Shown here one piece after another: positions 1 through 7,606 of a stretch of 64,000 bases of DNA (positions within the stretch are counted from its first letter, which is position 1; the number at the start of each line of letters is the position of its first letter). The stretch is from assembly GCA_003140935.1 (NCBI GenBank), contig PLLJ01000041.1:12212-76211 (forward strand), written 5' to 3'. Source of the stretch: Candidatus Omnitrophota bacterium. GTDB lineage: Bacteria > Omnitrophota > Omnitrophia > Omnitrophales > Aquincolibacteriaceae. Below the pieces are notes generated by a model that saw only the letters and a program-made list of their open reading frames with translations, ran no database searches and had not been told where the DNA came from. Position numbers and translations under genes: made by a program.

Positions 1-1216
1 ATCTTCCCTCATTTAATATATATTCTCTCCAAAAATCCACCCCGCATCTTTCGATCAGCATATCGTTCAATCCCGTATTAGGTTTCGCAATGGCCTTGCA
101 GACCTGGATAAAATCGAGTTTTAGTTTTTTTGCAAAATTTATCGTTTCTAAAATACTCTCCCGCGTGTCAGAGGGATTACCCACCATAAAGAAACCTAGC
201 GTTTCTATGCCGTATTTGTGCGTCATTTTTATTGCCTGTGCTATCTGATGCGTTTCGATGCCTTTATTAATGCTTTTTAGCACTTCCGGAGAAACGGATT
301 CTATCCCGTAGTATATCCGCCTGCAGCCAGCCCGTGCTGCTTTTTCCAGAATCTCTTCATCCACCACATCCACTCTAGATCTGCAAGACCACTCTACCTT
401 AATGCCGCGCCTTATAATCTCTTCGCATAATTTTATGGATCTTTCCTTATTCACAAAAAATGTAGCATCAAAAAAATCGATCTCCCGAACGTTGAATTTC
501 CGATAGCACTCTTCAATTTCATCTCCAACATTCTCAACGGATCGCTCGCCATAGAACAGTCTTGATATAGCGCAAAATTTACACTTATAAGGACATCCTC
601 TCGACGTAAGTATCACGGTATAATTTTTCCGCTGAGATGTAAAAGAAGAATATAAATGATTGGGCAGCAAGTGCCTTGCAGGAAAGGGGTAAAGGTTAAA
701 GTCCGCACCTTCTCCCTCGGGAGGATTTAAAATAATCTCCCCATGATTCTTATAGACCAACCCTTTTATATCATCGATGGTCTTATTATTTTCTAAAGCC
801 GAAATAAGTTGCGGCAAAGAATCAATCGCATCTCCCACGATCCCATAGTCAAAACATCCATGGGTTAATGATTCCTTGGGATACAAGGTGACATTAATCC
901 CCCCCACCACAATCTTGGTTTCCAGGCCTTCTTTAATAAAACTTGCCCATTCAACAACTCTATGGAACCAATAACTATCCGCTCTAAAACCTACCATGTC
1001 AGGAGAGAATTCCCGTAAAACCGACAAGGTTTTTTCTTTAGAAAGCTTGAGCGCATTGGCGTCAACAATAATAACCTCATGCCCCGCTTTCTCAAGAATC
1101 GCGCCGACATAAGCTAAAATGATGGGAGGGGCCAAACAAAATTCTTCGTCAACGACCCTGAGATTCTCAGAAAAACCCCTGTGCCCAAACGGGCAATGAA
1201 CTAAAGCGACTTTCAT
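1..1216 (-). CDS. B12-binding-domain radical SAM enzyme (class B), C-terminally truncated by the window edge
   Basis: Reverse-strand ATG at 1216..1214 with an AAGG ribosome-binding site upstream. Translation begins MKVALVHCPFGHRGF..., a B12-binding-type N-terminal domain. The radical SAM motif CPYKCKFC (CxxxCxxC) lies around nt 590-640. The frame stays open to position 1. It is absent from the ORF track because its stop lies outside the window. Confidence 0.8.
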   Translation of the reverse strand, partial: MKVALVHCPFGHRGFSENLRVVDEEFCLAPPIILAYVGAILEKAGHEVIIVDANALKLSKEKTLSVLREFSPDMVGFRADSYWFHRVVEWASFIKEGLETKIVVGGINVTLYPKESLTHGCFDYGIVGDAIDSLPQLISALENNKTIDDIKGLVYKNHGEIILNPPEGEGADFNLYPFPARHLLPNHLYSSFTSQRKNYTVILTSRGCPYKCKFCAISRLFYGERSVENVGDEIEECYRKFNVREIDFFDATFFVNKERSIKLCEEIIRRGIKVEWSCRSRVDVVDEEILEKAARAGCRRIYYGIESVSPEVLKSINKGIETHQIAQAIKMTHKYGIETLGFFMVGNPSDTRESILETINFAKKLKLDFIQVCKAIAKPNTGLNDMLIERCGVDFWREYILNEGR

Positions 1217-1237
1217 TTTCCAGCCTTATCTAAACGA

Positions 1238-1513
1238 CTATTTGAATCGACCAGCATTCCGAATATCTCCTCTGCCATGTCTAGTGAGCATGCTCGCTGA
1301 AACGTATGCATCACATAAAAATCCCGGGGCAAATCCATGATGCGCTGTATCGACGCGCAAAACATCCTTCTGCTGCCCGATGCTTAAAGTGGCATCGAGA
1401 TAATTGTATCTCTGTGCTCCGCCAGAAAAAAATGGGGGTGAGATGGGATATTGTTTTAAGATATTTGAGATTTCCTCTAGTGAAAACCTTTTTCGCTGAC
1501 CCGCAAAATGCAT
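1238..1513 (-). CDS. Candidate 91-aa small protein between the two radical SAM genes (possible precursor peptide or recognition-element partner)
   Basis: The ATG at 1513 is preceded by GGTGGGGG 11 nt upstream. The frame is open for 91 codons and ends 22 nt before the B12-rSAM start codon. Same strand as both radical SAM genes. No recognisable domain, and this genome's weak codon bias gives no help. Confidence 0.2.
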   Translation of the reverse strand: MHFAGQRKRFSLEEISNILKQYPISPPFFSGGAQRYNYLDATLSIGQQKDVLRVDTAHHGFAPGFLCDAYVSASMLTRHGRGDIRNAGRFK

Positions 1514-1629
1514 CGGCCGGCAAGCCCCCACCGCGCCGCGACTGGTATTCTTTTATTAAATAGTTTCGCTTTTTGCGAGCGAACCTAAAGCTTGCCCCCA
1601 TTTTTGATTTTCATTTTTCTCTCGGGATA

Positions 1630-2631
1630 TTACGGCGCGCTACTGTGATGAAGCGAGTTGTACTGCAATGCATCCGCAATGCTGCTAACATTAAGCTTGG
1701 AAATCATATTTATTTCCACAAAAGCACTGCACCAACAATCGCGACAATTCGGCGAAGTCAATCCCTCGAAACAGCACTTCAAGCCCTTCTTTAAAATATT
1801 AGGTGGATTTTCCTCTTTCGCAAACCGTGGACAAGGGAAGATGTTCCCCCCGGAATCAATGCGAACTATGATCTTTCCCGCCATGCAGTTTATTTGAGTC
1901 TTGTTAGGCCAGTTATATAAATGCTTTAGCCCAGCCATTGAGTTACCGATAGAATTTTTTCTCTTTTTTAAATCCATCAATAATAAAACTGCTCGCCTAT
2001 AACCATCGACATCCGGAGAGATTGGATTCATTTCCTTCCCGTATAATATCGTCTTGGTAGCAGGCTGAAAATATACTTTCGAATCAAATTTTTTCCCACA
2101 ATCTAAAAGATGATTGACACTTTCTAAGTCGAGCGAATTCAGCGTGGCAGATATCGATATGGGAATACGCTTATCCTTCGCCGTTTTTATTGCCTCAATG
2201 GTTTTCTCGTACGAACCCCGGCCGCGAATACGGTCATGGACCTCCTCGGGACCGTCAAGGCTGAGCGTAACTCCATCTAATTTATTAATCTTATCGATTT
2301 TCTCTGGAAATAGAATGCCGTTCGTGGAAAGAAAAACCGCAAGCCCGCGAGAATGCGTGTGGTTCATTATATCCACCATATCCTCTCGCAACAAGGGCTC
2401 ACCTCCAGTAAATTTTATCAGCCTTGTCCCTAAGTTTTTTAATGAATCTATGATGTCCATCACCTGACCAGTGGACAGCTCGGGTGATTTAGTGCGCCCT
2501 GCGCTACAATGCAGACAACTCAAGTTACAACGCTCAGTTATGAACCAGCTCACCAAAAGAGGGCTTCGTTTGTTAAACAACAACGCTTTTAAGAATGAAC
2601 TTCCTAAAAATATCTTCGCCCTAAAATCCAT
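1630..2631 (-). CDS. Radical SAM enzyme with C-terminal SPASM/twitch domain
   Basis: N-terminal CNLSCLHC (CxxxCxxC). The C-terminus carries seven Cys (CMAGK...FPCP...CC...C..C.C), typical of SPASM auxiliary clusters. The ATG at 2631 is preceded by GTGAGGAAAAAA (an AGGA ribosome-binding site). The ORF-track start at 2643 is an upstream GTG. Confidence 0.85.
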   Translation of the reverse strand: MDFRAKIFLGSSFLKALLFNKRSPLLVSWFITERCNLSCLHCSAGRTKSPELSTGQVMDIIDSLKNLGTRLIKFTGGEPLLREDMVDIMNHTHSRGLAVFLSTNGILFPEKIDKINKLDGVTLSLDGPEEVHDRIRGRGSYEKTIEAIKTAKDKRIPISISATLNSLDLESVNHLLDCGKKFDSKVYFQPATKTILYGKEMNPISPDVDGYRRAVLLLMDLKKRKNSIGNSMAGLKHLYNWPNKTQINCMAGKIIVRIDSGGNIFPCPRFAKEENPPNILKKGLKCCFEGLTSPNCRDCWCSAFVEINMISKLNVSSIADALQYNSLHHSSAP

Positions 2632-3059
2632 TTTTTTCCTCACAAACCTTTTTGGGCATATATTCCTTCAAACTTAACGTTACGCCTTCACAAATCGGTC
2701 ACATCCAGCCCTTTTTCCCTTGCTGGAAGTCGACCGCTCTTATAATTTAAGAATAATCTGTTCCGATTTAAATCTTTACCTTGCCATCTTTTGCCCCTTT
2801 CTGTTGCCAGAAGTCTATCACAACAGCTGGCTCAGTTTTCGGGGACTAGGTTAGTCCTATGATCTTCCCAGCAATGACCCGTTTTTATTTCAAAAAACAA
2901 TCGGTCCTTGGCTGATTGCTTTTTTGTTTTAGGTGGATTTCTACCAAAATGATAGCACTTTTCCTGAGTTCACCCCCTGGCCAAGCAAGTTTCAGAATCA
3001 GCGGGACACCCCCGTGGAGTAGCCTAGTTTCAACGTGGGGAAATGGGAGGAAAAGCGAA

Positions 3060-3464
3060 CTAACGTTTCCAAACGACCTGTTCGATCTTGGTCTGGAGAT
3101 TGGTAAGATCGAAAGGCTTTTCAATGAAGCCGCTGATCTCTTCTCGAGCAAAAAGAGGCTGCATCACTGCCCCGGCCCCCGTAAGCATAATAACCGGGAT
3201 GCTACGAATGCGTGCCTGCTCGTGAGAATTCCTATGATTGTAAGAGCGGATCCCGCGAAGACAGGCCAATCCGCCCTCACCTCCCGGAATGCAAATATCA
3301 AGAAGTACGCAATCGGGTGCCCCTTTTTCTATTTTCTGGAATCCTTCGAGGACAGTATGTGCGATTAAGACCTTGTAACCCAATTGCTCGAATTTTTCTT
3401 TGACGATCTGACAGATATCGTCTTCATCATCTATGATCAGTAAGCACTTTTGTTTCTCTGCCAT
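3060..3464 (-). CDS. Stand-alone response regulator receiver (CheY-like REC domain)
   Basis: The conserved DD pair (LLIIDDEDD), the phospho-acceptor Asp (VLLDICIPG), a Thr (IMLTG) and a Lys (EKPF) are all present. 134 aa with no output domain. Confidence 0.85.
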   Translation of the reverse strand: MAEKQKCLLIIDDEDDICQIVKEKFEQLGYKVLIAHTVLEGFQKIEKGAPDCVLLDICIPGGEGGLACLRGIRSYNHRNSHEQARIRSIPVIMLTGAGAVMQPLFAREEISGFIEKPFDLTNLQTKIEQVVWKR

Positions 3465-3553
3465 TTTAACTCGCTACAATTTAATTTTCTCAATGATTGT
3501 CAATAAGTACCCTTCGACAGCAACCAACACGGGCATTTTATTACTTGTTCTAT

Positions 3554-3763
3554 TCAATATCCATAAAATTTTTGAGCATTTCCCTCTCTTCTAGCATCAA
3601 GAATCCGCTGCATTATTCTATCGACTAGCTTGATGCATTGGATTAGTGAAATTTTCTGCTTGATAAGCTTCGCCCTCCATTTACTCAAAAATCCTACGGG
3701 AATAAAAGCGACCTTCCAAGGCAAGAGTTTCCTGATGACGCATTCGAAAACAATGACGGCCAT
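3554..3763 (-). CDS. Hypothetical 69-aa ORF (doubtful)
   Basis: ATG ORF from the track. No ribosome-binding site (the upstream sequence is C-rich) and no recognisable domain. It sits inside a 785-bp region with a weak coding signal. Confidence 0.12.
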   Translation of the reverse strand: MAVIVFECVIRKLLPWKVAFIPVGFLSKWRAKLIKQKISLIQCIKLVDRIMQRILDARREGNAQKFYGY

Positions 3764-4249
3764 TAGACTAAAATAAGGGGTGGATCAAATCTAATAGAAT
3801 ACCGGAGGTAATCAATAGTAGATCCGAAGCCCCTCATGATTTGTGACAGCATAATGTTGATAGTGCCATGTTAATGAACCCATGCAGCCGATGGAGTGTC
3901 TTAATCGTAGATTTTATGGACAGAGCGGTCAAAGATGGATAGACTTTGCCAATCTCAAGGATAAAGTCGGAGATGTTGAGGCCGGGGGGTTCAGTTCCTA
4001 TCTCCTTGCAAAAAGCGGAACTTTGAATTCCGTTGCGTTACCGAAAACTCTGAGTCTTCAGCCATCCATTTCATCAAGACCATAGTTCGAAAAGTGACAG
4101 CGTAAAGAGATGAACCGTCTTATTCCGATCAATAAAATCTCAGACATTCCGGCAAAGCACAGAGCAACGCCGATAGGACGCCTCTTGGATTACCAAAACC
4201 TGGGTCGCCCGTTCAAATCCTATTTTCAGGCGCAACTTCTCATAGGTAT

Positions 4250-5521
4250 GTGAATGGACGGCCGGCTTTTCCTATTGAAGGAATAAAACCCGTGAAAAAA
4301 CCCATAGCCCCTAGCGAAAAAACATTGTTGTCTCGAGTTGAGATCCTGAACCAGCGGATCCAGGAAGCCAAAAAATACGACCTCTATCCTTACATGCATT
4401 CTTCGGATGCCGTGGAGGGAGTTCATGTCACGGTCCACGGCCGCCCTATGCTCCAATTCGCCTCTTATTCCTACCTCGATCTCTTAGGCCATCCCAAAAT
4501 CAACACCGCGGCTAAAAACGCCATCGATGAATTCGGAACGGGAACACATGGTGTTCGCTTCCTTGCGGGAACTACCCGGGTCCATTTGGAACTTGAAAAA
4601 AAGATCGCCTCTTTCAAAAAAACGGAAGCAGCCGTTGCCATCGCTTCGGGTTATGGAGCAAATTTTGGGACGATCTCTTCCCTGATGGGACGCCATGATG
4701 TGGTTATTTCCGACAAGATCAACCACGCCAGCATTGTCGACGGATGCATCTTGTCACGGGCCCAATTTGTTCGATTTGACCATAATGATATGGCCGCACT
4801 TGAAAGGGCACTCGACAGCACATCCGCCAAGGGAGGAGTTAAACTCGTAGTCGCGGACGCCGTCTTCAGCATGGATGGTGACATCATCAACCTTCCCGAA
4901 GTCATCAGGCTTTGCCGCAAATTCAAAGCCCTTCTGATGATCGATGAGGCACATTCCCTAGGCGTCCTCGGGAAAAAAGGCCACGGGATCGAGGAACATT
5001 TCGGGATCGATCCAGCGGAAGGTCTTATTGATATCAAAATGGGCACGTTGAGCAAGACCATCCCGAGCATCGGCGGCTACATCGCCGGAAGCACCCAGCT
5101 TGTCAATTATCTAAGACACTCTATACGGCCCTTTATTTTTTCGGCAGCAATTCCTCCCCCTGCAGCCGCTGCGGCTAAGACCGCCTTCGAAGTCATCGAA
5201 GACGAGCCGTGGCGCGTAGAAAAACTTCACAAGAACGCGGACTATTTCCTTAAAACCCTCCAAACCCGGGGATTCGACACGCTCAAGAGCCAAACAGCGA
5301 TCGTTCCGATCATTATCGGAGACGAAGCCAAAGCCTTGGAAATGACGCGTCTCGCAAGAAATGAAGGGATCTTCATCGTGCCAATCCTGCCTCCTGCGGT
5401 ACAGCCCAACACGACCCGGATCCGCGCAACCGTTACCGCGGGCCATTCGCTTCAGGAAATCGATCGCGCGATCAATACGTTCGAAAAGATCGCGAAATCA
5501 CTCAGCATCATACGCTCCTGA
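4250..5521 (+). CDS. PLP-dependent alpha-oxoamine synthase family enzyme (serine palmitoyltransferase / 8-amino-7-oxononanoate synthase / KBL-like)
   Basis: The class II aminotransferase fold runs the full length. The PLP-lysine region GTLSKT and DEAHS are present. N-terminal similarity to SPT/KBL (YPYM...HGRPMLQFASYSYLDLL). The start is a GTG at 4250 in the track, so the exact start is uncertain. Confidence 0.85.
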   Translation: MNGRPAFPIEGIKPVKKPIAPSEKTLLSRVEILNQRIQEAKKYDLYPYMHSSDAVEGVHVTVHGRPMLQFASYSYLDLLGHPKINTAAKNAIDEFGTGTHGVRFLAGTTRVHLELEKKIASFKKTEAAVAIASGYGANFGTISSLMGRHDVVISDKINHASIVDGCILSRAQFVRFDHNDMAALERALDSTSAKGGVKLVVADAVFSMDGDIINLPEVIRLCRKFKALLMIDEAHSLGVLGKKGHGIEEHFGIDPAEGLIDIKMGTLSKTIPSIGGYIAGSTQLVNYLRHSIRPFIFSAAIPPPAAAAAKTAFEVIEDEPWRVEKLHKNADYFLKTLQTRGFDTLKSQTAIVPIIIGDEAKALEMTRLARNEGIFIVPILPPAVQPNTTRIRATVTAGHSLQEIDRAINTFEKIAKSLSIIRS

Positions 5522-5756
5522 TCAAAGAGGCCCGGACCCAAAAATCTTTTTTTCTTTTTCCTGAGAAGTAAAAAGCATTGTCAGATTGATCGACTCTTTG
5601 GAGTACGCCTATCCCAAATTGCTCCGCATCGAACTCGTCCGCCCCTAGGATGCTCCCCGCCGATCCTTTCCGTCTCAGGAAAATGCTTGCAAATTCAACC
5701 TACATCGGTAAACTTCACCCCATACCCGCAATCAAATTCCCCATACAAAAGGAGTC

Positions 5757-7547
5757 ATGTTAATGGCAACGCCACTTGAACGATGGGTAGAGGAACAAGC
5801 AAAGCTAACCCAACCTTCCAAGATCTACTGGTGTGACGGCACGGAAGCGGAAGCTAAAAAGTTGATCAAGATCGGTATGAAAGAAGAAACGATCAACGGT
5901 CATCCCGTTTTCCAAAAATTGAACGACAAACATTGGCCGAACGCCTATTACCATCGGTCTCATCCCAATGACGTTGCTCGCACCGAGCAGCTGACTTTTG
6001 TATGTCATCCGGCCAAAGAGACCGCGGGTCCGAACAATAACTGGATGGATCCAAAAGAAGCCAAAACAAAAATGACGGCACTTTTCGACGGCTGCATGAA
6101 GGGCCGCACCATGTACGTCATGCCTTACATGATGGGTCATCCCAAATCCCCTTACGCGAAGGCTTGTGTCCAGATTACGGACAACAGTTATGTCGCCGTC
6201 AGCATGCGCATCATGACCCGCATGGGAAAAGAAGCTCTCGACCGTATCGGAAGTTCTGAGAATTTTGTCCGCGGCCTCCATTCCGTCGGAGATCTCCATC
6301 CCGAACGCCGTTTTATCATACACTTCCCACAAGAAAATCTTGTCTGGAGTTTCGGCTCGGGCTATGGTGGCAATGCCTTACTGGGGAAAAAATGCTTCGC
6401 CCTCCGGATCGCTTCCTGCATGGGGCAAAAAGAAGGCTGGCTCGCCGAGCACATGCTTATCATGGGGGTCGAAGATCCGAAGGGCCAAGTCACTTACATC
6501 GCAGCGGCCTTCCCCTCAGCCTGCGGTAAAACCAATCTCGCGCTCATGCAATCCGCTTTACCGGGCTATAAGGTCTGGACTTTGGGCGATGATATCGCAT
6601 GGCTTAACATCGGCCCGGACGGGCGACTTTATGCCATTAATCCCGAAGCCGGATTTTTCGGCGTTGCGCCGGGAACGTCGCTTAAAACAAATCCGAAAAT
6701 GATCGAGACGCTGAAGAATAAGAAATTCTTCCCGACTCTTTACACCAATACCGCGATTGACAATGACACGAATGAACCCTGGTGGGAAGGCCTGGATGGT
6801 GCTGTCCCCAAGAGCGTCACGGACTGGCAGGGCAACGCTTGGGATCCTTCCAAGGGAACCAAGGCCGCTCACGCCAATTCCAGGTTCACGGTGTCGATCC
6901 TGAACTGCCCCACGCTTTCCAAGGAATTCGACAACCCCCAAGGCGTTCCGATCTCCGCGATCATTGTGGGAGGGCGTCGCAGCAAGCTGATCCCTCTCGT
7001 CATGGAGGCTTTTAACTGGCAGCACGGTGTTTTTCTCGGCACCCGCACTGGTTCTGAGACCACGGCCGCGGCCGCACATCAGCTCGGAGTCCTGCGCCGC
7101 GATCCTATGGCCATGCTCCCTTTTTGCGGTTATAACATGGGCGACTATTTTGCCCACTGGCTCAATGTCGGAAAGAAGCTTAAAAATCCGCCCAAAATCT
7201 TCTCCGTCAATTGGTTCCGCACCGATGAAACCAGCAAATTCATGTGGCCAGGTTTCGGCGACAACATCCGCGTGATCAAGTGGATCATCGACAGGGTCCA
7301 GGGCAAGGTTGTCGCGAAAGAAACCGCTCTCGGTCTTCTTCCGGATCTGAAAGACCTCGATCTTTCGGGGCTCAATATCCCCCGCGAGACCGTGGATAAG
7401 CTTTTCTCGATCGATCCACCGGAATGGACGGGCGAGCTACAGGATATCGAGAAATATCTTTCACAGTTCGGCTCGCGCACTCCGGAAGCGATCTGGGAAG
7501 AATACCGGTCCCTTGCAGAAAAACTGGGACAATCCGTTTCGAAGTAA
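5757..7547 (+). CDS. pckG: Phosphoenolpyruvate carboxykinase (GTP)
   Basis: 596 aa. GTP-PEPCK signatures SGYGGNALLGKKCFALRIAS and the kinase-1a motif AAAFPSACGKTN. Ribosome-binding site AAGGAG 5 nt before the ATG. Confidence 0.95.
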   Translation: MLMATPLERWVEEQAKLTQPSKIYWCDGTEAEAKKLIKIGMKEETINGHPVFQKLNDKHWPNAYYHRSHPNDVARTEQLTFVCHPAKETAGPNNNWMDPKEAKTKMTALFDGCMKGRTMYVMPYMMGHPKSPYAKACVQITDNSYVAVSMRIMTRMGKEALDRIGSSENFVRGLHSVGDLHPERRFIIHFPQENLVWSFGSGYGGNALLGKKCFALRIASCMGQKEGWLAEHMLIMGVEDPKGQVTYIAAAFPSACGKTNLALMQSALPGYKVWTLGDDIAWLNIGPDGRLYAINPEAGFFGVAPGTSLKTNPKMIETLKNKKFFPTLYTNTAIDNDTNEPWWEGLDGAVPKSVTDWQGNAWDPSKGTKAAHANSRFTVSILNCPTLSKEFDNPQGVPISAIIVGGRRSKLIPLVMEAFNWQHGVFLGTRTGSETTAAAAHQLGVLRRDPMAMLPFCGYNMGDYFAHWLNVGKKLKNPPKIFSVNWFRTDETSKFMWPGFGDNIRVIKWIIDRVQGKVVAKETALGLLPDLKDLDLSGLNIPRETVDKLFSIDPPEWTGELQDIEKYLSQFGSRTPEAIWEEYRSLAEKLGQSVSK

Positions 7548-7562
7548 GGATATCTTCAAAAA

Positions 7563-7600
7563 AAGGCAGGCCGCTTGATCACAAGCCGCCTGCCTTTTTT
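7563..7600. terminator. Bidirectional rho-independent terminator between convergent pckG and metH
   Basis: A GC-rich inverted repeat, GGCAGGCCGC...GCCGCCTGCC, is flanked by an A-tract upstream and a T6 run downstream (AAAAAGGCAGG...CCTGCCTTTTTT). Confidence 0.6.
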
Positions 7601-7606
7601 ATCTGT

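Noticed and set aside
1306-1601. Overlapping track ORFs in the inter-rSAM gap (85 aa plus strand; 96 aa minus strand in another frame)
   Set aside because: No ribosome-binding site, they are mutually exclusive, and they are antisense or out of frame relative to the operon. Only the 91-aa same-strand ORF was retained, at low confidence.
1588-1614. 9-codon ORF MKIKNGGKL right after the SPASM rSAM stop
   Set aside because: Too short to evaluate. Mentioned only as context for the RiPP-like hypothesis.
4200-4232. tRNA-like T-loop sequence CCCGTTCAAATCC just upstream of the aminotransferase gene
   Set aside because: The flanking bases cannot form a T-stem, acceptor stem or anticodon arm. It is probably a chance match.
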